DNA of 64,000 nucleotides, from positions 1,488 through 65,487 of the forward strand of contig CAZRAQ010000002.1 in NCBI GenBank assembly GCA_964598015.1, given 5' to 3'. The stretch's first letter is position 1. Every line of letters starts with the position of its first letter. Shown in pieces: positions 49,357 to 58,557 of the stretch. Made by a program: the position numbers and the translations under genes. The stretch is from an uncultured Methanoregula sp. GTDB lineage: Archaea; Halobacteriota; Methanomicrobia; Methanomicrobiales; Methanospirillaceae. Under the pieces are notes generated by a model. That model made no database searches and was not told the origin of the DNA. It worked only from the letters and a program-made list of their open reading frames with translations.

Positions 49357-50621
49357 ATCAGTCTCTCCAATCCCGGGATTAGGATACATGTTTCTGTCCT
49401 GGTACGGACCATTTCCGGAGTAATTTCACGGCCGTTGACATTCACCGGACTCCCTTTCATCAGGTCCCCAAAAAGGGGTCCCGGAGGAATGCCCAGACTG
49501 CGCGCTTTTTCCGGATCAAACCTCGTCCTGCTGATGATGAGCCGATCCCCATCAACCGCCGTGGTCTCTCCACTACATATCAGTGTAACGCATAAGCTTA
49601 TTAAATCATTCAGTACAAGCGTGGGGTTCTCCTCGGTGGTAATAAAAACCGGCAGAACTGGATTTCCGCCAGAAGAGAGGGATACGACCGGGAGCTGCCC
49701 GATCCTCTCTTTCAGCCGGCCGAGATCAACCCTGACCGCTTCACTCACAAGCTCATCTGGGACCCGGATCACCCGGGGACGTCCCTCTTTGATGAGGGCC
49801 GGGATCTCGACAACCGATCCTGGGTGAAGTTCACTGGCTGCTCTCCGTATCTCTTCCCACGTAGACCACGTGATATGCCGTAACTGGACGAGCTCATGTT
49901 CCGTGAGCCGGGGAATAGCCAGATCCGTAAGAGAAGTCCCGATCCGTTCGAGCTCACCATGAGTAAGTGCTTTTTTATCGATGTATACCGCATGTGCATG
50001 ACTCTTTTTTGCCAGCGCTGCAATCATGGCAGAATCAAGGGTGGCTGCAAACCTGCTGTGCACGATATGGCCAAATGCTGCCCGGGAACGGAGTGCGATT
50101 TCGGTTTCCCTCCGGGCATAGTGCGTACCTCCTATTCCGAGCACATTCACGGTATCAGCGGGATCAGCTTCGAGAACACTCAATGCAACCGCTTCGCCAG
50201 CACGGCTGTCTGTCCACTCCTTTTCAGTACTCCCAATCTCGACAAAGAAAGAGGGTGTGGAGATTTCGGTGGGTCCATGATGGGTGACCTCGTATGTTGC
50301 GTGGTATCCTTCAGGTGCGTTCTTTTTCAGGTTACAGAGCACGGCATGCATCCATGGCGGTGAAGCAACCGCGAGCGAACCACCAATACCCCCAAGATGG
50401 GCAGGACCAATATTGCCAGTCACGTGGACCGTCAGTACCGGCAGCGGGTGTTCTGATGAATGCCGGGAGAGAAAAATGATGAGGTCGGCATCGAGCTCCT
50501 TGTCGATATGGTCCATACCTATCAGGCGTTCATGGACCCGATGGAAGGACAAGTCGTGGTTTTCGAGGGGAAAGGGGCGCGGCGACTCCGGATCTGCCAG
50601 GAGACGCTCCATGCACCTCAT
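49353..50621 (-). CDS. dtdA: D-aminoacyl-tRNA deacylase, archaeal DTD2 type, with C-terminal extension
   Basis: [21 protein letters not shown] and YEVTHHGPT match the DTD2 family. Coordinates use the first ATG. The conserved N-terminus (NIALVSSSLDPAGKTI) continues in frame upstream to a CTG at 50672 (see findings). Confidence 0.85.
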   Translation of the reverse strand: MRCMERLLADPESPRPFPLENHDLSFHRVHERLIGMDHIDKELDADLIIFLSRHSSEHPLPVLTVHVTGNIGPAHLGGIGGSLAVASPPWMHAVLCNLKKNAPEGYHATYEVTHHGPTEISTPSFFVEIGSTEKEWTDSRAGEAVALSVLEADPADTVNVLGIGGTHYARRETEIALRSRAAFGHIVHSRFAATLDSAMIAALAKKSHAHAVYIDKKALTHGELERIGTSLTDLAIPRLTEHELVQLRHITWSTWEEIRRAASELHPGSVVEIPALIKEGRPRVIRVPDELVSEAVRVDLGRLKERIGQLPVVSLSSGGNPVLPVFITTEENPTLVLNDLISLCVTLICSGETTAVDGDRLIISRTRFDPEKARSLGIPPGPLFGDLMKGSPVNVNGREITPEMVRTRTETCILIPGLERLI

Positions 50622-50739
50622 GATGGTTTTCCCGGCAGGGTCAAGGGATGAAGAGACGAGCGCTATGTTCAGAGGACATTCCCCTTGGGAGAGTCAGACA
50701 TGGTAAACCCTATTTCTTTGTATACATACTATTGTTACT

Positions 50740-50916
50740 ATGGACGAACAGAAGATACGGTCTGCATTTGAAAAAGAGGGAATCGACAAAGAGATACAAT
50801 GCCCTGAAGCATTTGCCATTGCGGAAAAATATGGCATCTCAAAGACTGACATCGCACGGTTCTGCAATGATAACGGGGTGAAGATCAGGGCTTGCCAGTT
50901 GGGCTGCTTCAAATGA
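50740..50916 (+). CDS. 58-aa four-cysteine protein, translationally coupled to moeA
   Basis: Hand-translated; below the ORF-track cutoff. Sequence: MDEQKIRSAFEKEGIDKEIQCPEAFAIAEKYGISKTDIARFCNDNGVKIRACQLGCFK*. Its TGA (50914-50916) overlaps the moeA ATG (50913-50915). Confidence 0.55.
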   Translation: MDEQKIRSAFEKEGIDKEIQCPEAFAIAEKYGISKTDIARFCNDNGVKIRACQLGCFK

Positions 50917-52118
50917 GCCTGTTTTTTTCGACACTGTCCGTTGAGGAAGCGGTGAATGCCGCACGGACTCTTGCCCGTCCGATGCCTCCCGAAGATGTCC
51001 CTCTCTCATCGGCATATGGACGAATCCTTGCTGCTGACATCAGGGCTGATATCGATATCCCGGGGTTCAACCGTTCATCGGTCGACGGTTATGCCGTAAG
51101 ATCCCGCGATACAACAGGAGCATCGGAATCTCTTCCGGCCTTGTTCTCACTGGCCGGGCGGGTGGCGATGGGTGAAGCTGGGTACAGGAAACTTCCCGGG
51201 GACAGTTGCCTTTATGTCCCAACCGGGGGAGCGGTGCCGGAAGAGGCTGACGCAGTCGTCATGGTGGAATATACCGAATCCATCGGACAGGACATCCTGG
51301 TAAAAAAGCCGGTGGCTCCTGGTGAAAATGTGGTATTGCGGGGAGAAGATTTCTCTGCAGGCGAGGTGGTCCTTTCAGGAGGGACGCTCCTCTCTGTCCG
51401 TGCTATTGCGGCTCTGGCAGCTGCCGGCCAGAACACGGTTCCTGTGACCAGGAAACCCCGAATCGGGGTGATATCGACTGGAAACGAGCTGATCCCGGTT
51501 GGAGATACCCCGAAGGGAAACCAGGTCAGGGATATCAACAGCTGGATGTGCGGGGCTTTTCTCACATCGGCCGGATGTATCCCCGAATACTACGGCATTA
51601 CCGGGGACGACCGCGATCAACTCCGCAAAGTCCTGAAAAAAGCACTCTCCGTCTGCGATGCCGTGTTCATTTCCGGTGGCAGTTCAAAGGATGACCGCGA
51701 CATGACCGCAGCCCTGATCGGTGAATCGGGCGAGGTGCTGGTCCATGGGATTGCAATTGCGCCTGGAAAACCAACCATCATCGGGAGGGCTGACGGGATA
51801 CCCGTTCTCGGACTTCCCGGGCATCCTGCATCGGCGTTTATTGTGCTCCTTGTGATCGCCCGGCCGTTTCTCTTTCAATTGACCGGGCAGAGAGAGCAGG
51901 AGGTAGTGACAAAGAGCCTGGTGCTCGGCGAAAATATCCCTTCCGTCCGAGGAAGGGAGGACTACGTCCGGGTGCGTATCCGCGAGGGGAGAGTGTACCC
52001 GGAGTTTGGCAAGTCAGGGCTCGTGAATACCCTGGTCCGGAGTGAAGGCCTCGTCAGGGTCCCTTCGGGTGTTGAAGGCCTTGAAGGAGGAGACCGCGTG
52101 GAGGTGATCCTCTGGTAA
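50913..52118 (+). CDS. moeA: molybdopterin molybdenumtransferase MoeA
   Basis: LSVEEAV...DIDIPGFNRSSVDGYAVR...GGSSKDDRD matches the MoeA family. Start was set at MSLFFSTLSVEE (50913). Confidence 0.9.
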   Translation: MSLFFSTLSVEEAVNAARTLARPMPPEDVPLSSAYGRILAADIRADIDIPGFNRSSVDGYAVRSRDTTGASESLPALFSLAGRVAMGEAGYRKLPGDSCLYVPTGGAVPEEADAVVMVEYTESIGQDILVKKPVAPGENVVLRGEDFSAGEVVLSGGTLLSVRAIAALAAAGQNTVPVTRKPRIGVISTGNELIPVGDTPKGNQVRDINSWMCGAFLTSAGCIPEYYGITGDDRDQLRKVLKKALSVCDAVFISGGSSKDDRDMTAALIGESGEVLVHGIAIAPGKPTIIGRADGIPVLGLPGHPASAFIVLLVIARPFLFQLTGQREQEVVTKSLVLGENIPSVRGREDYVRVRIREGRVYPEFGKSGLVNTLVRSEGLVRVPSGVEGLEGGDRVEVILW

Positions 52119-52150
52119 AGCGGTATCTTTCAGTCAGGTCCCTTGAAGAG

Positions 52151-53971
52151 GTGCTTGGGATACTCTCCCGTGAGTTCCCGCAACGGCGCATTTCCTCAGA
52201 GGTACCTCTGGAAGAATCGGTGGGAAGACTCACTGCCCGCCCCCTTTTTGCCCCCTATTCTGTCCCTGAAGCAGTCCTTGCCGCAATGGACGGAATCGCA
52301 GTCAGGAGCGAGGATACCTGGGGTGCGGGTGAGCAGCGGCCGGTCACCCTGACCCATTTTGCACGGGTGAATACCGGAAATGTGGTACCGCCCGGCTTTG
52401 ATTCCGTGATAATGATCGAGGATGTAACGTTCGATGGTAGCCGGGCGGTGATACGGAAGGCTGCAGGCTCCTGGCAGCATGTCAGGCCTGCAGGAGAGGA
52501 TATCGCCGAATCAGAGATGATCCTCCCTTCCACACACCGAATCCGGCCTCATGAGATCGGGGCCCTTGCCGCATATGGGATATCTCGTGTGCCTGTCCTC
52601 ACAGTCAAGGTAGGACTGGTGCCTACCGGAAGCGAACTTGTCGTGCCGGGGACCAGGCCCGCACCAGGCCAGGTGGTGGAGAGCAATACCGTGATGGCCG
52701 CGGCATGGCTCCGTTCTCTTGGCGCAGAATGCCACCGCTACCCGGTTACTCCCGATGAACCGGACATTATTTCTGAGAGGATACGGGACGCCGTTGGAAA
52801 GAACGATATCGTGGTCATCTCTGCAGGATCTTCGGCAGGAACAAAGGATTACACTGCCGGGGTCATTGCAGGCCTGGGCGATGTCCTTGTCCATGGCATT
52901 GCGATAAAACCGGGAAAACCAGCCATTATCGGAAAAATCGATGGAAAACCGATCATCGGCATGCCGGGATACCCGCTCTCTGCACTGACAGTTATCCGGG
53001 AGATCATGGTGCCGCTGCTAGGACGTTATGGTTTGTTCCCACCCGATCCCGTATACCTCTCTGCCACCCTTGCCACCAGTCTCCATTCCGAAGCAGGAAC
53101 TTCTGAATATGTGCTCCTTGCAATCGGAAAGATCCGTGACCAGTTCGTTGCAATCCCGCTCTCCCGGGGTTCCGGTGTCCAGATGAGCGGGGTAAGGGCC
53201 CATGCATTCCTCTGCATCCCTGCTGACAAGGAAGGGTATGAGGCCGGGGAAGCAGTACCGGTCACTCTGATGGTGCCGCAGGCGACGGCAGAACAAACGC
53301 TCCTGATATCGGGAAGTCATGACCCGGTTCTGGACTGCCTCCTCGAACTCACGCAAAAAGAGGGGGTAAGCCTCCACTCGTCACTTACCGGAAGCATGGG
53401 GGGAATCCTTGCGTTGAAGAGGGGCAACTGTCATGCAGCACCGATGCACCTGCTTCACCCATCCGGGGAATATAACCTCCCCTATCTGAGGCAATACCTG
53501 CCTGGGGAGGAGATCACCATGGTATGCATTGCCGGGCGCGAGCAGGGAGTCGTGTCCAGAGAGGGGCTCTCCTTTGCCGACATCCCTTCCCATACTTTCG
53601 TCAATCGCCAGAAAGGGTCCGGGACACGGATGCTCCTTGACTATGAACTCCGGAAACAGGGAATCGATCCCGGATCGATCCAGGGCTATGATCGTGAACT
53701 GACGACTCATATCGGGGTAGCGCTCGCCGTTCGGCAGGGAGAGGCGGAAGCCGGTATGTGTGTGTACTCTGCAGCGAAAGCACTGGGTCTCTCATTTGTC
53801 CCTGTGGGAAGAGAGCGCTACGAACTTGCCATACGGACCAGGGATCTTGCCGACCCGAGGATCAGGACTCTTCTCTCGGCAATACATTCTGCAAGGTTCA
53901 GGGAGATATTACAGCACCTCGGGGGATACGATACATCCTGTACCGGCCAGCTGCGGGAAGTGTCCCGCTAA
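52151..53971 (+). CDS. MoeA-like protein fused to a C-terminal periplasmic-binding-protein-like (PBP_like) domain
   Basis: 606 aa. The MoeA core (AAMDGIAVR, SAGSSAGTKDY) is followed by a PBP-like domain of about 200 aa (ISGSHDP...NRQKGSGTR). The track start is GTG at 52151. Confidence 0.9.
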   Translation: MLGILSREFPQRRISSEVPLEESVGRLTARPLFAPYSVPEAVLAAMDGIAVRSEDTWGAGEQRPVTLTHFARVNTGNVVPPGFDSVIMIEDVTFDGSRAVIRKAAGSWQHVRPAGEDIAESEMILPSTHRIRPHEIGALAAYGISRVPVLTVKVGLVPTGSELVVPGTRPAPGQVVESNTVMAAAWLRSLGAECHRYPVTPDEPDIISERIRDAVGKNDIVVISAGSSAGTKDYTAGVIAGLGDVLVHGIAIKPGKPAIIGKIDGKPIIGMPGYPLSALTVIREIMVPLLGRYGLFPPDPVYLSATLATSLHSEAGTSEYVLLAIGKIRDQFVAIPLSRGSGVQMSGVRAHAFLCIPADKEGYEAGEAVPVTLMVPQATAEQTLLISGSHDPVLDCLLELTQKEGVSLHSSLTGSMGGILALKRGNCHAAPMHLLHPSGEYNLPYLRQYLPGEEITMVCIAGREQGVVSREGLSFADIPSHTFVNRQKGSGTRMLLDYELRKQGIDPGSIQGYDRELTTHIGVALAVRQGEAEAGMCVYSAAKALGLSFVPVGRERYELAIRTRDLADPRIRTLLSAIHSARFREILQHLGGYDTSCTGQLREVSR

Positions 53972-54093
53972 ACCGGCCTTTCTGGAGCACTTCAAAGAAA
54001 CTACTTTGTGGTCGCGGAGATAATATTGGAGGAATATACCCGTATCCCTGAGCGAAACCACGGGTATCCGAGACAACCGTTTGGAGGATCCCG

Positions 54094-57000
54094 GTGAAGG
54101 AAGTCACCAGCAGTTACAATGCAAATGCAATTGAGGAGGCGGTCCGCCAGTTCTGGCTGGAGGAGACTATCTTTGAAAAGACACGAGAACTCCACCAGGG
54201 AGACCCTGACTTTTTCTTCGTGGACGGGCCACCGTACACGACCGGCACCATTCACCTCGGCACTGCATGGAACAAGATACTCAAGGACAGCATTCTCCGC
54301 TACACCCGCATGACCGGGAGAAATGTCATTGCCAGGGCAGGGTATGACATGCATGGGCTCCCTATCGAGGTCAGGGTCGAGCAGCAGCTGGGTTTTGTCT
54401 CCAAAAAAGATATCGAGCGGTTCGGTATCGGCCAGTTCATCGAGAAATGCCGCACGTTTGCAGCGGCGAACATGGAGATGATGAGTCAGCAGTTCCTGGC
54501 ACTGGGGGTTTGGCTCGATTTCACTGATCCCTACCAGACCATGGACCCGGAATATATCGAGGCTGCTTGGTGGACACTTGCCAGGGCTGCATCGGAAGGG
54601 ATGCTTGAGCGGGGCCACAGGGTGGTGAACTGGTGTCCGCGGTGTGCCACTGCTATTGCAGATTCAGAAGTCGATTATGCCGATGTCACCGATCCTTCCA
54701 TCTATGTCAAGTTCCCCGTTTGCGGAAAAGACCGGGAGTACCTGGTCATATGGACGACCACCCCCTGGACTCTTCCCGCCAATGTGGCCGTCGCGGTCCA
54801 TCCGGACATCACCTATGCCCGTGTCGATGCAGTGAAAGACGGGAGAAGAGAGGTGCTCTGGATTGCAGAGGACCTTGTTGAACCTGTGCTCCGGAAAGGC
54901 AGGTACCAGGACTATTCCGTGCTCGAGAAAGTCAGCGGCAGCAGCCTGACCGGGTTTGTCTACACTTCCCCCCTTGAAGGCACGGTACCCCTCCAGCGGG
55001 ACCTCGCGCACAGGGTTGTCACGGCGGATTTCGTGACCCTGGAAAATACAGGGATGGTCCACATCGCACCAGGGCACGGTTGGGACGACTATCTGCTCGG
55101 ATGCCGCGAACATCTCCCCATCATCTGCCCGGTCGATGGGACCGGACGGTTCACGGGCGAGGCAGGGACGTTGAGCGGGATGTTCGTCAAAGACGCCGAT
55201 GGAGTTGTCCTGGAAAACCTCGGGCATCACCTCCTGGCCTGCGAGTCCGTCACCCACCGGTACGGGCACTGCTGGAGATGCAAGACGCCGATCATCTTTC
55301 GTGCAACTTCGCAATGGTTCCTGAAAGCATCGGAGATCCGTGACCGTATGCTCGAAGAAGTCGGGAACGTCACCTGGTATCCTGAATGGGCTGGCAGCGC
55401 ACGGTTTTATGACTGGATCAAGGAAGCACGGGACTGGTGCATCTCCCGGCAGCGGTACTGGGGCATACCTATCCCCATCTGGGAGTGCCCGTCCTGTGGA
55501 GCTCACAGGGTTTTTGGGACATTCAAAGAACTCGAAGAGGCCAGCGGAAGATCCCTCCCAGATCCCCACCGGCCTTTTGTGGACGAGATAACCGTCCAAT
55601 GCAGTTGCGGGAGAGAGATGCACAGGATTGAAGACATCTTTGATGTGTGGTTCGATTCGGCAGTTGCATCATGGGCGACACTCCGTTTCCCGGGAGAGAA
55701 GGATGCCTTTCAAAGGTTCTGGCCTGCGGACTTCATCACCGAAGGGCAGGATCAGACGAGAGGGTGGTTCTACTCCCAGCTCGGGGCAAGCACCATCGCG
55801 TTTGGGTGCTCGCCCTACAAAAGCGTCCTGATGCACGGGTTTGCCCTTGATGCAGAAGGGCGGAAGATGAGCAAGAGCCTTGGAAATGTCGTGACCCCGG
55901 AAGAGGTGATAACGACCCATGGGGTTGATGTCCTGCGCCTCTATGTCCTCTCCTCAAGTGCACCCTGGGACGACCTCAAGTTCAACTGGGATGGGGTAAA
56001 GACCGTGAACCGGGCGATCAACATCTTCTGGAACGTCTACAGGTTCCCCCTTCCCTACATGATCCTCGACGGGTTCGAACCAGCCCGCGTTGCTGACCGG
56101 CACTGGGATGATGCAGCAATACGATCCAGGTTCGGGGACATGGCTGCAGAGGACCGGTGGATCATCTCCCGGATGAATTCCTGTGCCGCACTGGTGGATA
56201 CCGCATTGCAGGAACGGCAGCTCCACCGGGCAACGAGGGCTCTCATACAATTCGTCCTTGAAGATCTCTCCCGGTGGTATGTCCAGCTCGTCAGGCCCAG
56301 GATGTGGATTGAAGGCGAGTCAGAGGAGAAGACCGGGGCTTATGAGACCATGTATTATATTCTCCGGCGACTGTGTGGGCTTTTATCGCCATTCATCCCG
56401 CATATCACCGAGATCATCTACCGGAATATCAGGACCCCGGCAGACCCGCCAAGCATCCACATGACAGACTGGTGGCCAGGAGATGAGGACTTGAGAGACA
56501 GATCACTCGAGCAGGCGATGGACACCGTCCGTTCGTTTGACGAGGCATCAGCAAATGCCCGGCAGGCAGGAAAGAGAAAACTCCGGTGGCCCGTCCGTGA
56601 AGTCGTTGTCACTACTGACGATGATGCGGTCGCTTCCGCCATCAAAAGCCTCTCGTCTGTCTGCGAAGATCGTGCAAATGCACGGAGTGTCCGTGTTGTC
56701 CGGGGAAGCTTTGACCGGTCAGGCTGGAGGGCAGAACCGGTAATGAAAGCGCTGGGCCCCGCATTTGGAAAGAGGGCCCCCATCGTTCGCACCCTTATCC
56801 TCTCTGCGGATGCAACTACCCTGAAATCTACACTTGAAAAAGGTGAGAACGTCACCTTGAAGGACGGGGACGAATTGTTTACCATCCAGCCGGGTTATGT
56901 AACCTTCATCGAAGAACTCCCCCCCGACCTGTTCTCAGCACCGATGAACGGCGGTGCCGTTTATGTCGATGTGACCCTCACTCCCGATCTGGAAGCAGAA

Positions 57001-57297
57001 GGGTATTCCCGTGAAGTGATCCGGCGGATCCAGGAGATGCGGAGGTTGCATGATCTGAATGTTGAGGATTACATAACTGCAGGTGTGGTCATCGACGATG
57101 AACGGGTGGCTTCTCTCCTGGAGGGGAACTGGTGCCAGAATATCATGGATGAGGTCCGGGCAGGAACCTGCACGATAGCCCCGGGGTCATCATCCTCCAC
57201 CCCGGGCACCTGGGAACTGGAGAGAGAATGGGATGTAGAAGGGATCCGGGTGCTGATCGGTATCTCAAAGCTCGTTGATCAGGCTCTTGAGAAATAA
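54094..57297 (+). CDS. ileS: isoleucyl-tRNA synthetase
   Basis: 1067 aa with PPYTTGTIHLGTAWNK (HIGH), KMSKSLGN (KMSKS) and an editing-domain pattern. GTG start. Confidence 0.95.
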   Translation: MKEVTSSYNANAIEEAVRQFWLEETIFEKTRELHQGDPDFFFVDGPPYTTGTIHLGTAWNKILKDSILRYTRMTGRNVIARAGYDMHGLPIEVRVEQQLGFVSKKDIERFGIGQFIEKCRTFAAANMEMMSQQFLALGVWLDFTDPYQTMDPEYIEAAWWTLARAASEGMLERGHRVVNWCPRCATAIADSEVDYADVTDPSIYVKFPVCGKDREYLVIWTTTPWTLPANVAVAVHPDITYARVDAVKDGRREVLWIAEDLVEPVLRKGRYQDYSVLEKVSGSSLTGFVYTSPLEGTVPLQRDLAHRVVTADFVTLENTGMVHIAPGHGWDDYLLGCREHLPIICPVDGTGRFTGEAGTLSGMFVKDADGVVLENLGHHLLACESVTHRYGHCWRCKTPIIFRATSQWFLKASEIRDRMLEEVGNVTWYPEWAGSARFYDWIKEARDWCISRQRYWGIPIPIWECPSCGAHRVFGTFKELEEASGRSLPDPHRPFVDEITVQCSCGREMHRIEDIFDVWFDSAVASWATLRFPGEKDAFQRFWPADFITEGQDQTRGWFYSQLGASTIAFGCSPYKSVLMHGFALDAEGRKMSKSLGNVVTPEEVITTHGVDVLRLYVLSSSAPWDDLKFNWDGVKTVNRAINIFWNVYRFPLPYMILDGFEPARVADRHWDDAAIRSRFGDMAAEDRWIISRMNSCAALVDTALQERQLHRATRALIQFVLEDLSRWYVQLVRPRMWIEGESEEKTGAYETMYYILRRLCGLLSPFIPHITEIIYRNIRTPADPPSIHMTDWWPGDEDLRDRSLEQAMDTVRSFDEASANARQAGKRKLRWPVREVVVTTDDDAVASAIKSLSSVCEDRANARSVRVVRGSFDRSGWRAEPVMKALGPAFGKRAPIVRTLILSADATTLKSTLEKGENVTLKDGDELFTIQPGYVTFIEELPPDLFSAPMNGGAVYVDVTLTPDLEAEGYSREVIRRIQEMRRLHDLNVEDYITAGVVIDDERVASLLEGNWCQNIMDEVRAGTCTIAPGSSSSTPGTWELEREWDVEGIRVLIGISKLVDQALEK

Positions 57298-57996
57298 CCG
57301 TCCTTCAGGAGAAGAGAAGACCGGGGGCTCTGCAGTACACCGGACCGAGCTGCGGCAGGTCCTCTCCACCCGCGAGGTGAGGGGATTATAGCCTTCGATC
57401 TCCTTTGCCGTTTTATGGACGAGGATTCCCCGTCGCTGCCATGCAGGTGTCTTTGCAAGGTTGATCCCCCGGGAGAACATCATCTCATGCATCCCGGCTG
57501 AAGAGAGGCCTTTCAACAATGTTGCTGCTTCCCCGGGATCGCTCCCTTCGGAAACGAGCGCATAGTGGCAGTATGCATTGACATGGTTTCTCCACGCTTC
57601 GGCCTGTCGGCTGACAAGGTACTGACTGGCCAATGCAGGGGTGACCTGGATCACCCTGGCATCGAATGCTACCGGGAAGGATGAGGCCATCTCGATCGTC
57701 AGGGCACTTGCCGCATAGGATGCGATGACCGAATCCAGCTTTTCCACTCTCCCTGCATAAGGGACATGGGGGAAATAGAGGTTGATCTCATCTGAAAACG
57801 TGAAGGCAAAGTCGGGTGCAAGCCCGCTCGATGCGATCATCTGTGCGCTGACATTAGCCATCGCCCGGGCAAATCGCCCGTCAAAAGGTCGCTTCAGCCC
57901 CCATTCACCGCAAATCCGGTGAAATCCCCTCCCGTCTATGCGCACAAATACGGGAGGGACTGAGATGAGGTTGCTGAATATCTCCCGGCTTTTCAT
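57265..57996 (-). CDS. thg1: tRNA(His) guanylyltransferase (Thg1 family)
   Basis: FVRIDGRGFH and FSDEINL match Thg1 catalytic motifs. Its 3' end overlaps the ileS 3' end by 33 nt. Confidence 0.85.
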   Translation of the reverse strand: MKSREIFSNLISVPPVFVRIDGRGFHRICGEWGLKRPFDGRFARAMANVSAQMIASSGLAPDFAFTFSDEINLYFPHVPYAGRVEKLDSVIASYAASALTIEMASSFPVAFDARVIQVTPALASQYLVSRQAEAWRNHVNAYCHYALVSEGSDPGEAATLLKGLSSAGMHEMMFSRGINLAKTPAWQRRGILVHKTAKEIEGYNPLTSRVERTCRSSVRCTAEPPVFSSPEGRLFLKSLINEL

Positions 57997-58181
57997 AGGG
58001 CAGGCCCGGGCCGGATACCCGCCGCACAGTGTTCATGGTTTATCCGGTACTGCTCTTCTAAAAGGACCGAAACCCCCACAGAAACAACTGAAAAAAAATC
58101 CCTTTTTCCCCGCATACGATTTCTTCCTCTGTTCTGATGCCGCAATCTCTTCGGCTGACAAGGCGCTTGCAATCGGGATTC

Positions 58182-58223
58182 CGGGAGTGGAACTCCCAAA
58201 AACCCCGCGAATGGATTTTTGGG
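58182..58223 (-). terminator. two adjacent hairpins with a T-run downstream of the PRC-barrel gene
   Basis: GGGAG-TGGAA-CTCCC (58183-58197) is followed by CCCAAAAA...TTTTTGGG (58195-58223). On the minus strand this places a T5 run just after the stop at 58250. Confidence 0.35.
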
Positions 58224-58249
58224 GAGAAGCGGGCCCTTACCCTTCCCGT

Positions 58250-58516
58250 TCAGATATCATCGGCCTTGAATGCACCCTGCAGATGGCGGATGAGGACAAT
58301 ATCGCCGATACTCCTGATGATGCGGAAGGGGACCTTCAGCCCTTTGTAATTTTTTATATCCACCAGCTGCTGGTTTAATTTCCCCACCACGATCGATTCC
58401 ATCTTTTTTGATTCGATGTCTATGAGGATATCCTCCACTTCACCGACCAGAACGCTCTTTTCGGTGTATACTTTGAGATCAAACATCTCGGTAATCTGGT
58501 TTCTCATCCTAATCAA
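58250..58516 (-). CDS. PRC-barrel domain protein
   Basis: 88 aa. LVGEVEDILID....K..SIVV resembles the PRC-barrel pattern. Confidence 0.75.
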   Translation of the reverse strand: MIRMRNQITEMFDLKVYTEKSVLVGEVEDILIDIESKKMESIVVGKLNQQLVDIKNYKGLKVPFRIIRSIGDIVLIRHLQGAFKADDI

Positions 58517-58557
58517 TGAATCATATATACTATTCGCATAAAAATATACTCCTTTTA

